From contig CAYMDV010000004.1 of the NCBI GenBank assembly GCA_964389725.1, forward strand, positions 100,145 to 164,144: a DNA stretch of 64,000 nt. Direction: 5' to 3'. Origin of the DNA: an uncultured Anaerolineaceae bacterium. GTDB lineage: Bacteria > Chloroflexota > Dehalococcoidia > Tepidiformales > Tepidiformaceae. The notes below the pieces were generated by a model. It had not been told where the DNA came from. It saw only the letters and a list, made by a program, of their open reading frames with translations, and ran no database searches. This document shows, one piece after another, positions 49,102 through 57,825 of the stretch (its first letter is position 1; each line of letters starts with the position of its first letter). A program made the translations under genes and the position numbers.

Positions 49102-49785
49102 GTGACTCACACCACGGACTCAGTCCTGGCCTGGCTGCGGGACAACGCCTCGGAAGAGGCCCGCGAGGGCATGCTGCGCTACGCCATCCCCAACGAGCGA
49201 GCCTTCGGCCTTGCCATGCGCGACATGAAGGCCTACGCGAAGAAGATCGGCAAGGACCACGACCTGGCGCTTTCGCTCTGGCAAACGGGCTGGTACGAAG
49301 CTCGCACGGTCGCCGCCTTCATCGCCGAACCATCAGCGATGACGAGCGCGCAGATTGACGCCTGGGCCGCCGATTTCGACAGCTGGGCAATCTGCGACAC
49401 CGCCTGCTTCCACCTCTTTGACCGCACCCCTCACGCCTGGAGCAAGGTGCCGAAGTGGGCCAGGGCGCGCGGCGAGTACAAGAAGCGCGCCGCCTTCGCC
49501 CTGCTCTGGGGCCTCAGCTTCCACGACAAGGAAGCGGCCGACCAACGGTTCATCGACGCGCTGGCGTGGATCGAGCAAGGCGCTCAGGACGAGCGGCTCT
49601 ACGTGAAGAAGTCGGTCGACATGGCCCTGCGCGCGATCGGCAAGCGAAACCGCCCGCTGAACGACGCCGCCCGTGAAGTCGCCGCCCGCCTGGCCACCGA
49701 CCCGGCGCGGGCGCCCGGCTGGGTTGGCCGCCACGCGCTCCGCGAGCTCGAGTCCGAGCGCGTCCAGGCCAGGCTTCCCGCGTAA
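49102..49785 (+). CDS. DNA alkylation repair protein (AlkC/AlkD-like HEAT-repeat family), second copy in window
   Basis: In-frame GTG at 49102 within track ORF 48934..49785: VTHTTDSVLAWLRDNASEEAREGMLRYAIP...LWQTGWYEARTVAAFI...YVKKSVDMALRAIGKRN. Confidence 0.82.
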   Translation: MTHTTDSVLAWLRDNASEEAREGMLRYAIPNERAFGLAMRDMKAYAKKIGKDHDLALSLWQTGWYEARTVAAFIAEPSAMTSAQIDAWAADFDSWAICDTACFHLFDRTPHAWSKVPKWARARGEYKKRAAFALLWGLSFHDKEAADQRFIDALAWIEQGAQDERLYVKKSVDMALRAIGKRNRPLNDAAREVAARLATDPARAPGWVGRHALRELESERVQARLPA

Positions 49786-49861
49786 CGGCCCGCGGCAACA
49801 CCCCTCCGTCGGACGTGAGGGCGGCGTGGGAGGCTCCGCCTGCCGCGATGCCCGTGAAGGC

Positions 49862-51076
49862 TTAGATAATCGCTCCGGCCGACTTGGCGCTCTCGATCTC
49901 CGACCAGTCCAGGCCCAGCTCCAGCAGGAGCTCTTCGGTGTGTTGGCCGACCTCCGCAACGTCCCCGCCCAGCCGGGGCGCGCTCGCAAAGTCCACCGGG
50001 GACGGCGGGATTCTCCGGGGCGTGTCCCCCGATTGGGAGTCGGCGAAGCCCACGCCCTCGAGTGACTCGTCCTCGATTGCCTCCTCGAGTGTTCGGAGGG
50101 GAGCCCAGATCACACCACGCTCCTCCAGCGCTCTGCCGATGTCGGTGCGACTCTTGCCGGCAAACGCTTCGTCGAGTGTCGCCACCAGCTCCTCGCGGTG
50201 GATGGCTCTGCCGCGCGCCGTCGCGTACTCGTCGTTTTCCAGCAGCCGTTCGAGGCCCATAGCCTCGCAGAACGGTCCCCACGCAACATCGGACTGCAGG
50301 TTGACGAGCACGAGCCACTCACCCCCCGCGCACTCATAGGAGTTGTTGAGCGGGTTCGTCGCGCTCCGGCGGCTAGGTGGGGGAGCGGCCTCCCCAACCC
50401 ATGCGAGGTTCGCGTAGTCCCACCCCAGCTGGTACGTCCCATTGCCGACCAGTGACGTGTGCACCAACTGGCCGCGACCTGTGCGAGTCCGGGCATACAG
50501 GGCCGCACATATCCCCGCGGCAGCGGACATCGCCGTTGCGTGGTCGCCAACGGCCGGCCGTGGCGCTACCGGTTCGTCCAGACCGCTGCTGACGGCCATG
50601 CCCATCCCGGAAGCGGCCCAGTAGGCCGCGCCGTCGAATCCCGGGAGGTTGGCGGCCGGCCCCTCGTAGCCATAGCCCGATACCACGCAAAACACCACGC
50701 CCGGCGCGTACTCCGCGATGTCCGAATACTCGAGCCCGAGGGCGGACCGACCGGCTGGACGCAGGTTGGTGAGCACGACGTCGCTCGCCATGACCATTCG
50801 GCGCAGCAGCGGCAGCGCCTCCGGGGCCCTCAGATTCAGTGCGACGCTCCTCTTTCCCGGGTTGGTGATCTCGAACGGAGGGCTCACCCCCGGAACGCGT
50901 GCAGGATTGCCCATCCCGCGGAGCGCGTCTCCGTTCACCGGCTCGAGCTTCACGACCTCGGCGCCCCACTCCTTCAGGATGCGACCGCAGGCCGGCGCCG
51001 CGATCCAGCTCGCGATCTCGAGCACCTTGACGCCTTCCAGAGGGAGCTCCGAAGACTCCGACTGCACCTCAGCCAT
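49862..51076 (-). CDS. CoA transferase (CaiB/BaiF family, type III)
   Basis: LEGVKVLEIASWIAAPACGRILKEWGAEVVKLEP...GDALR...NPGKRSVALNL...SGYG family pattern. Confidence 0.9.
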   Translation of the reverse strand: MAEVQSESSELPLEGVKVLEIASWIAAPACGRILKEWGAEVVKLEPVNGDALRGMGNPARVPGVSPPFEITNPGKRSVALNLRAPEALPLLRRMVMASDVVLTNLRPAGRSALGLEYSDIAEYAPGVVFCVVSGYGYEGPAANLPGFDGAAYWAASGMGMAVSSGLDEPVAPRPAVGDHATAMSAAAGICAALYARTRTGRGQLVHTSLVGNGTYQLGWDYANLAWVGEAAPPPSRRSATNPLNNSYECAGGEWLVLVNLQSDVAWGPFCEAMGLERLLENDEYATARGRAIHREELVATLDEAFAGKSRTDIGRALEERGVIWAPLRTLEEAIEDESLEGVGFADSQSGDTPRRIPPSPVDFASAPRLGGDVAEVGQHTEELLLELGLDWSEIESAKSAGAII

Positions 51077-51151
51077 AACTGACCCCTTTCAATGCCCGGC
51101 GTCCCGGCAGGGGCCGGCGACGGGCTTCACGCCGAGCCTCGCGGTTGAGCG

Positions 51152-51478
51152 TTAGCGGTGGCGCAACCGTGGATCCAGGACATCCCGAAGCGTATCCCCA
51201 ACGATGTTGACGGCGAACACTGCGAGTGAAATCGCTACTCCCGGGAACAACACCATCCACGGCGCCCTCTCCATGAAGCGGCGCCCGTCGCCAGCCAACA
51301 TCGAGCCCCAGTCGGGAGTGGGTGGAGCGGCTCCAAGGCCCAGGAAACTCAGCGACGCGACGATGATAAAGGAGTTCGCAATCGCCAGGCTGGCGAAGAC
51401 GATGACCGGCGCGGCCACGTTCGGCGCAATGTGGCGCGCCATGATCCGCCAGGGGCTGCACCCGATGACCTCGTCCTC
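51152..51478 (-). pseudogene. 3' remnant of an ABC peptide/nickel-type transporter permease (DppC/OppC-like)
   Basis: Only the last ~108 codons of a normally ~280-300-aa permease remain: ...GCSPWRIMARHIAPNVAAPVIVFASLAIANSFIIVASLSFLGLGAAPPTPDWGSMLA...VNIVGDTLRDVLDPRL (EAA-loop region and C-terminus). The frame opens immediately after the narK stop codon (51479-51481). No N-terminal half or partner ABC genes are nearby. Confidence 0.75.
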
Positions 51479-52861
51479 CTACTTGCCGCCGGCACTGCCT
51501 TCAGCGACAACGTCGGGTTCGCCGAGCCTCGGGCCGGCCCTGCCCGCGAGCACCTCGCGGAGCCGCCGCCGTTCCAGCGCCTCGACCCTCGGCGTGAACC
51601 GCACGACCAGGACCAGGCTCGACGCCGCCACGACCGCCACGCCCATGTAGAGGAAGGCATCCTGGAACGGGAGGCTCTCCATGCGGAAGAGGAACCCCGC
51701 TGCCACCGCCCCCGCGTTGCCCCCGGCGCCGACAATGCCGGCCACGGTGCCGAGCGCCTTGCGGTTGATGAAGGGGACCACGGAGAAGGTCGCCCCCTCC
51801 GACATCTGCACGAAGACGCTGAAGAGGAGCATGGCTGGAATCGCCAGCAGGAGCGCGTCCATGCGGGAGAAGAACATCAGGGCAATGCCCTCCATCAGGA
51901 GCACCCCGCCGAGGAACAGCACCCGGCCCCGCAGCCCGAAGCGGATACCAGCGCGATCTCCGAGGAAGCCCCCCGTCGTCCGGGCGAAGATGTTCATCAG
52001 TCCAAAGAGCCCCGCGACCACCCCCGCCAGTCCCACACCCATGCCGAAGCGGTCGTGGAAGTAGAGGGCGGCCACGTTGTTGATCGTGAGCTCGATGCCG
52101 AAGCAAGCGCCGTAGATCAGGAACAGCGCCCAGACGCGGTGGTCCCGCGCCGCCGACCAGAACGCCCCCTTCGTTGCATCCGACTGGGGCAGCACGCCGC
52201 TGGCGCGCAGGTCGCGGAAGTCCCCATCGGGAGCGTCCCGGGTGACGCGGTAATAGGCGATGCCCGTCACGAAAAGCGCGATGCCGGGCACGATCATCGC
52301 CACCCGCCAGCCCAGTGCCTCCCCCACACCAAGGGCAATGATCACCGTGAGCACGAGGGGCATCACCATCTGCGTGACGCCGCCACCAAGGTTCCCCCAG
52401 CCGGCCGTGGTGGCGTTCGCTGTCCCGACGACGTTAGGGGCGAACATGACCGAGGTGTGGTACTGCGTGATGACGAAGGAGGCGCCGATCACGCCGATGC
52501 CCAGCCGGAACAGCAGGAAGGTCTCGTAACTCTGCGCGAGCCCGATACCCATCACCGGGAGGGAGCCGAGTATCAGGAGCCCCGTGTAGGTGCGGCGCGG
52601 GCCGTAGCGGTCGCTCAGGTACCCAATGACAAGCCGGGCGATGATCGTGATCGCGACGGACGCGATGATCGTGTTGCCCACCTCGGCTTTGGAGAGGTCG
52701 AGGTCCTCGCGCACGATGGCCATGAGCGGCGCGATGCCGAACCAGCCGAAGAAGGCGAGGAAGAAGGCGGCCCACGTCATGTGGAACGTGCGCATCTGCA
52801 TGCTCTTCAAGCTGAACAAGTCGATCCGGGATGCCTTGTTCTGGATCCGGGCTGTGTCCAA
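51479..52861 (-). CDS. narK: MFS nitrate/nitrite transporter (NNP family, NarK/NrtP-like)
   Basis: 460-aa, 12-TM-like ORF; FHMTWAAFFLAFFGWFGIAPL...GWGNLGGGVTQ (NNP signature-like)...GIVGAGGNAG. Last gene of the nitrate-assimilation operon. Confidence 0.85.
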   Translation of the reverse strand: MDTARIQNKASRIDLFSLKSMQMRTFHMTWAAFFLAFFGWFGIAPLMAIVREDLDLSKAEVGNTIIASVAITIIARLVIGYLSDRYGPRRTYTGLLILGSLPVMGIGLAQSYETFLLFRLGIGVIGASFVITQYHTSVMFAPNVVGTANATTAGWGNLGGGVTQMVMPLVLTVIIALGVGEALGWRVAMIVPGIALFVTGIAYYRVTRDAPDGDFRDLRASGVLPQSDATKGAFWSAARDHRVWALFLIYGACFGIELTINNVAALYFHDRFGMGVGLAGVVAGLFGLMNIFARTTGGFLGDRAGIRFGLRGRVLFLGGVLLMEGIALMFFSRMDALLLAIPAMLLFSVFVQMSEGATFSVVPFINRKALGTVAGIVGAGGNAGAVAAGFLFRMESLPFQDAFLYMGVAVVAASSLVLVVRFTPRVEALERRRLREVLAGRAGPRLGEPDVVAEGSAGGK

Positions 52862-53075
52862 GTGATGCCTCCACCTGAGACCTGCGTTGGTGTAAGAACC
52901 ACGCTAGCCAGGGCACGTTTAGGCCTGTTTGCATCCAGGTGAACTCCGCGAGAACACCGTGCGTCGCCCACGTTTCGTGCCAGGCATGTTTCGTGGCGGC
53001 GCGGAGTGCGTGCAGCGCCGGCCTCCACGGCCTCGCCGCCGGGTGGCCTGTGGTGATCGGAGAGGAGGGTGGGAC

Positions 53076-55196
53076 CTAGAGCGGCTCCACCCGGACGGCC
53101 GCGAACTTCAGCTCTGGTTGCTTCGAACGCGGGTCGACTGCCTCGCTGGTGACCGCGTTCACGGGCCCGCCCTCGTGCCGCAGGGCGCCCCAGTGAAACG
53201 GCGCCCAGACCGTGCCCGGACGCACTCTGCGGTCGACCCGGGCGCGGGCCTCGAAGCTCCCCCGGCGAGAGCTGACGCGAAGAGATCGGCCGTTGCGAAC
53301 GCCGAGCGGACGGGCGTCCACGGGGTGGATCTCGAGTACGGGCTCGACCTCGCTCTTGTTGAGCTTGGGTACGTCGCCCGTGCGGGTCATCGTGTGCCAC
53401 TGGTCCTTCACCCGCCCGGTAACGAGCGAGAGCGGATAGCGCTCGGTCAGGGCGTCGTCGGGCTCCCGATACGTGGGAACGTGGAAGCGCGCGCGACCGT
53501 CCGGCGTAGCGAAGGGCGCGCCCTCAAAGAGTCGCGGCCGTTCGCGTTCCCCCTCTGGAAGGGGCCACTGCACCCCGCCCGAGGAAGCTCGCAGCAGTTC
53601 GTAGCTGACACCCGTGATGTCGAGGTCCTGTCCCCGCGTGAACTCCCGATACTCGGCGAAGATCTCCTCCACATCGCCGTAGGAGAACGCCTCTTCGTGT
53701 CCGAGGGCGGCGGCGACGCGGCTGATGATCTCCCAGTCCGGAAGCGCCTCCCCGGGTGCCTCGCCGACGGCCTCGAGCAGGCAGATGCGGCGCTCGCTGT
53801 TCGTCATGGTGCCGGTGCGCTCGGACCACTGCGCCGCGGGCAAGAGGACGTCCGCCAGCTCGCCCGTCTCCGTGGGGTAGTAGGCATCCTGGACGACCAC
53901 CAGCTCGGCCTTCGCGAAGGCGGCGCGTACCCGTTCGCTGTTGGGAAGCGAGGCGACGGGGTTCGTGGCCGCTACCCACACGACCTTCAGTTCGCCCCGC
54001 TCCAGCCCCTCGACCATCTCCGAGGCGGTGACCCCCGGCCGGGAGGAGATCGAGCCGGCGGGGACTCCCCAGGCTGCCTCCACAACCCCCCGGTCTCGGG
54101 CGTTGGCGACGAGCCGGTGACCGGGCAGGGTGGGCGCGAGGCCTCCTGCCTCCCGGCCCCCCATCGCGTTCGGTTGGCCCGTCAGCGAGAAAGGCCCGGC
54201 GCCCGGGCGGCCGATGTTCCCCGTCGCCAGCGAGAGGTTGATTAGCGCGAGGTTCTTGTCGACCCCCGAGGTGCTCTGGCTCGCCCCCATCGTCCACAGG
54301 GTGAGGACGGGGCCGTTCGAGGCGATGAGCCGCGCCGCGTCGACAATCTCCTGGGCGGCCAGCCCCGTCAGGTCGGACGCGCGCTCGGCGGACCACCCCG
54401 CAAGCGAAGCGGCCACCTCGTCCCAGCCGCTCGTGTGCTCCGCGATGAACGCTTCGTCCAGGCCTCCCGCGAGCCGTATCTCGAAGAGCAGGGACTGCAG
54501 GAGCGCGACGTCGGTCCCTGGCTTGACCGGCAGGTAGAGGTCGGCGATCTCGGCCGTACGGGTGCGCCGCGGGTCCACCACGATCACCTTCACGTCGTCG
54601 CCGCCCCGGCGCTTTCGCGCCTTGATGCGATCGAACAGGATCGGGTGGCAGGCCTCGATGTTGGCCCCGAGGATGAGGAACGTGCTCGCCTGCTCGATGT
54701 CCGCGAACGAAGCCGGGGGTGAGTCGCTCCCGAAGGCGAGGCTGTAGGCCGCGACCGTGCTGGCCATGCAGAGACGCGAGTTCGTGTCCTGGTTGTTGGT
54801 CCCGATGTAGCCCTTGGCGAGCTTGCCGAAGAGGTAGTAGTCCTCCGTGTGGAGCTGGCCCGAGCCGTAGAACATGACCGAGTGCGGCCCGTGCTGATCG
54901 ATCGCCGAACTGATACCGCCGGCTACACGATCGATGGCCTCGTCCCAGGAGGCAGGGGCGAGCGCGCCGTCCTTGCTGAAGCGAATAGCCGGCCGCAGGA
55001 GGCGGTCCTCGGACTCGAAGATCGCGGGGAGAAGGGCGCCCTTCGCGCACAGCCGTCCCCGGTTCACCGGGTGGTCGGGGTCGCCCTTGACCTTTGCGAC
55101 CACCCCATCGCGGGCCTGGGCCAGGATCCCGCAGCCCGTCCCGCAGTAGCAGCAGATCGACCGAAGCCAGCCCTTGCCGCCGCGTTCTCCTGGCAC
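53076..55196 (-). CDS. assimilatory nitrate reductase catalytic subunit (molybdopterin oxidoreductase, NasA/NarB type)
   Basis: N-terminal 4Fe-4S motif CCYCGTGCG...C-x..GRLCAKG, then MGD-binding domains (TNNQDTNSRLCMAS). 706 aa. Sits between nirA and narK. Confidence 0.9.
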   Translation of the reverse strand: MPGERGGKGWLRSICCYCGTGCGILAQARDGVVAKVKGDPDHPVNRGRLCAKGALLPAIFESEDRLLRPAIRFSKDGALAPASWDEAIDRVAGGISSAIDQHGPHSVMFYGSGQLHTEDYYLFGKLAKGYIGTNNQDTNSRLCMASTVAAYSLAFGSDSPPASFADIEQASTFLILGANIEACHPILFDRIKARKRRGGDDVKVIVVDPRRTRTAEIADLYLPVKPGTDVALLQSLLFEIRLAGGLDEAFIAEHTSGWDEVAASLAGWSAERASDLTGLAAQEIVDAARLIASNGPVLTLWTMGASQSTSGVDKNLALINLSLATGNIGRPGAGPFSLTGQPNAMGGREAGGLAPTLPGHRLVANARDRGVVEAAWGVPAGSISSRPGVTASEMVEGLERGELKVVWVAATNPVASLPNSERVRAAFAKAELVVVQDAYYPTETGELADVLLPAAQWSERTGTMTNSERRICLLEAVGEAPGEALPDWEIISRVAAALGHEEAFSYGDVEEIFAEYREFTRGQDLDITGVSYELLRASSGGVQWPLPEGERERPRLFEGAPFATPDGRARFHVPTYREPDDALTERYPLSLVTGRVKDQWHTMTRTGDVPKLNKSEVEPVLEIHPVDARPLGVRNGRSLRVSSRRGSFEARARVDRRVRPGTVWAPFHWGALRHEGGPVNAVTSEAVDPRSKQPELKFAAVRVEPL

Positions 55197-55202
55197 CGCC
55201 AG

Positions 55203-56735
55203 CTAGCCCGCGGCCTCGGAGCTGGACTCGCGAACCCGCACCGCCCCACTGCCGCGTATCGACCGCAGGGAGTTGGCCACGGCTTCGGGCAGGTCGTCCA
55301 CCAGCACCCCCGTGCTGATCCGCTCGCCGAGGGCCGCATCCTCCCCGAGCTTCCCGCCCACGAACAGGTCCGCGGCGTCCACGATCGCCTCGCCCTTGCG
55401 GACGCGGCTGCCCAGCAAGCCGATCTCGCCCGCCCGGTGCTGTCCGCACGAGTGTGGGCAGCCCGACATCTGAAGCCGCACGGGCGCACCGATCTCGTAG
55501 CGCTCGTCGAGGGCGCGGGCGAGCTTGAGCGCTTCGCCCTTCGTGTCGATCAAGCTGAAGTGGCAGAACTCCGTCCCCGTACAGGTGACGACCGACCGCA
55601 TCCGGGGCGACGGTTCGGGGCTGAACGTCTCCAGGAGCGGCTCCCCCAGGAGGGCGTCCAGGCGGGACTCCCGCACATGCGGAATGAGCACGTTCTGTTG
55701 CACCGTGAGCCGCAGCTCCCCTTCGCCGCGCACCCGCGCCAGGCGACCGAACTCGATCAGCTGGTCTCCCGTGATCCTCCCGACCGGGACCAGGCAGCCG
55801 ACGACGCGTCGTCCAGGCTGCCTCTGCCCGGTCACGCCGATGTGGTCGCCACCGTCCCGCTGCGTCGCCGGTTCGCCCGCATGCCCGAGCGGGCGTCCGA
55901 AGCGTCCCTCGACCACCTCCCGAAAGCGCTCGATGCCCCACTCCTTCAGGAGCACCTTCAGCCGCGAGGCGCGCCGGGACTCGCGGGGACCGTGGTCGCG
56001 AAAGACCTCAAGGATGGCGGTCGCGAGCGGAACCACGTCCCCCGCCTCGACGAAGACGTCCAGTGGCTGGGCGTACATTGGCTCGCGGCCGCCCATCGCG
56101 CCGCCCACGAGGACGTTGAAGCCGGCGGTCTCTCGCTCGCCGCCCCGGGCGGGAACGAAGGAGAGATCGTGGGTCTGGGCGTGAATGCAGTCGTCCTGGC
56201 AGCCGGTAATGGCCAGGTTGAACTTGCGCGGCAGGTTGCTGAACCCTCTGTGCCCGATGATCGCCTGCTGGAGCCGCACCGCGAGCGCGCGGCTGTCGAC
56301 TAACTCGTCGGGATCGAGGCCGGCGATGGGGCATCCCACTACGTTGCGAACGTTGTCCATGCCGCTCTGCTGCGAGGTGATACCGGCAGCGGACAGACGC
56401 TGGAAGATCCAGGGGACGTCCTCGATCTCGATCCAGCGCAGCTGGATGTTCTGCCGCGTGGTAATGTCCGCCTGTCCCCGCCCGCAGCGATTCGCGATCT
56501 CGCCGATGGCACCGACCTGCTCGCTCGTGAGCACCCCGTTTGGGATCCGCAGCCGGAGCATGAAGTAGCCCGGAGTCGCCCTGCGGTGGAAGAGCCCGTA
56601 CCACTTCAGGCGCTCGAAGTCGTCCGGGTCTATCGCGGCGTGGCCTTCCTGCGCATAGCGAAGCAGGTCGGGAAACACCTCGAGCCCGTCCTTCGCCTGC
56701 TTCAGTGCTTCGATCTTGTTCGCCATCGACGCCAC
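55203..56735 (-). CDS. nirA: ferredoxin-nitrite reductase (siroheme/[4Fe-4S] sulfite/nitrite reductase family)
   Basis: 510-aa ORF with duplicated NiR/SiR ferredoxin-like halves. Cluster-binding motifs ITGCQDDC and TCTGTEFCHF...SGCPHSCGQH. Context is nitrate reductase and narK. Sulfite reductase cannot be excluded from the sequence alone. Confidence 0.85.
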   Translation of the reverse strand: MASMANKIEALKQAKDGLEVFPDLLRYAQEGHAAIDPDDFERLKWYGLFHRRATPGYFMLRLRIPNGVLTSEQVGAIGEIANRCGRGQADITTRQNIQLRWIEIEDVPWIFQRLSAAGITSQQSGMDNVRNVVGCPIAGLDPDELVDSRALAVRLQQAIIGHRGFSNLPRKFNLAITGCQDDCIHAQTHDLSFVPARGGERETAGFNVLVGGAMGGREPMYAQPLDVFVEAGDVVPLATAILEVFRDHGPRESRRASRLKVLLKEWGIERFREVVEGRFGRPLGHAGEPATQRDGGDHIGVTGQRQPGRRVVGCLVPVGRITGDQLIEFGRLARVRGEGELRLTVQQNVLIPHVRESRLDALLGEPLLETFSPEPSPRMRSVVTCTGTEFCHFSLIDTKGEALKLARALDERYEIGAPVRLQMSGCPHSCGQHRAGEIGLLGSRVRKGEAIVDAADLFVGGKLGEDAALGERISTGVLVDDLPEAVANSLRSIRGSGAVRVRESSSEAAG

Positions 56736-56920
56736 ACCTCACGCGTAGGGTCGGCGACCGGTGTTGCGACGGCATGACAGGCCGGTAAACGTTGGATGAA
56801 CCCATAGCCCGACAGAGCTACCCGATGGGAGCTCGCCCAGGACGAACAAGTCCACGCTGCCCCGAAAGTGGCTGGCCAAAGGCGACTGTACTGCGAACCT
56901 TCCGCTGGGAGGTAGCCCTC

Positions 56921-56949
56921 TAAGGGAGCCAGGCTCGCCCCGGCCCTTA
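56921..56949 (-). terminator. possible terminator hairpin overlapping the ImmA-like gene stop codon
   Basis: Reverse strand: TAAGGGCC-GGGGCGAGCCT-GG(CT)CCCTTA. This gives 6+2 bp with a 2-nt bulge. There is no U-tract, so support is weak. Confidence 0.2.
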
Positions 56950-57825
56950 TCGATGTTCGGGAAGACCTGGCTGGAGCGCAGCCGTTCTCGCCGGACTGCG
57001 TCGCTGTAGCGAGCGGGCTCCCATTTCGATTTCAACCAGCACCTGCCGCTGGTCATCGCGCAAGGGAACGCAGGTGACGACAGCGTGACGGTAACTGTGG
57101 GAGCCTCGAGGGAGCCGTCCCTGCTTGGTTGGCAGTTGCATGGGCGTCGATACCTCAGGAGTGAGCACGTCCTCGATTCCGAGACTCTGCGTCGTCAGTT
57201 GCTCTAGCTGTCGATACGTGGTCCGGTCATAGGCCCCCGAACGTACTCGGTAGTCACCGTGAGCATCGACCTCGCACATTAGCAGTATGCAGTCGGCACC
57301 CATAAGCGAAAGGTCATCCAAACGGATCATTGATGCCTGAAGCGACACCCCAAACTCATCGGCCAATTTGCGAAGCGCCGACAGGCGGGAGAGGTTCCTA
57401 TGGTGCCGAAGCGATCTCTTGAAAGTTTCTCCGGGCATGAGAAGCGCAGCGGCAAACTTGTCGCATCGCGTCTCTTCTTCCTGAGAGTAAGTGCGTGCGT
57501 CTGCCCCATCAACGCCGAAAATCAAGTGGTGTCCAAGTTCGTGCGCTAATGTGAATCGCTGTCGCTGCAGGCCCTCCCTCGTGCTCAACGCGATGCGAAG
57601 GCCAACGCTTGTCCACTCAATCCGACCGGACTCCGAGAGGGCCGTGGCTTGCACGACCTCGATGCCTTCGGATGTGGCTAAGTCGTGGACATTGACGGGT
57701 CCGCCAGAATCTCGAAGCAAACGCGAACCAAGCGTGTCCCCAAGTTGAATGGCGGCACGACGGCCCTTCTCGCCGTTACTAAGGTCCGCGGCCGTGCTCT
57801 GCCTCTTCTTGGGTAGCCTGATCAT
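56947..57825 (-). CDS. ImmA/IrrE family (COG2856, peptidase M78) zinc metallopeptidase with C-terminal extension
   Basis: 292-aa ORF. HExxH active site in RQRFTLAHELGHHLIF, downstream E (EETRCDKFAAALLMP). About 130-aa C-terminal domain of unknown type. The ATG (57825-57823) directly abuts the TGA of the upstream HD gene. Low G+C. Confidence 0.85.
   Translation of the reverse strand: MIRLPKKRQSTAADLSNGEKGRRAAIQLGDTLGSRLLRDSGGPVNVHDLATSEGIEVVQATALSESGRIEWTSVGLRIALSTREGLQRQRFTLAHELGHHLIFGVDGADARTYSQEEETRCDKFAAALLMPGETFKRSLRHHRNLSRLSALRKLADEFGVSLQASMIRLDDLSLMGADCILLMCEVDAHGDYRVRSGAYDRTTYRQLEQLTTQSLGIEDVLTPEVSTPMQLPTKQGRLPRGSHSYRHAVVTCVPLRDDQRQVLVEIEMGARSLQRRSPARTAALQPGLPEHR

Noticed and set aside
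53524-55941. 805-aa minus-strand ORF in another frame over the nitrate reductase and nirA genes
   Set aside because: The sequence is Arg/Gly/Pro-rich. The 53076..55196 and 55203..56735 frames carry the Fe-S and molybdopterin motifs instead.
56739-57056. 105-aa minus-strand ORF overlapping the 3' end of the ImmA-like gene
   Set aside because: It has no motifs and overlaps a well-supported gene in another frame.
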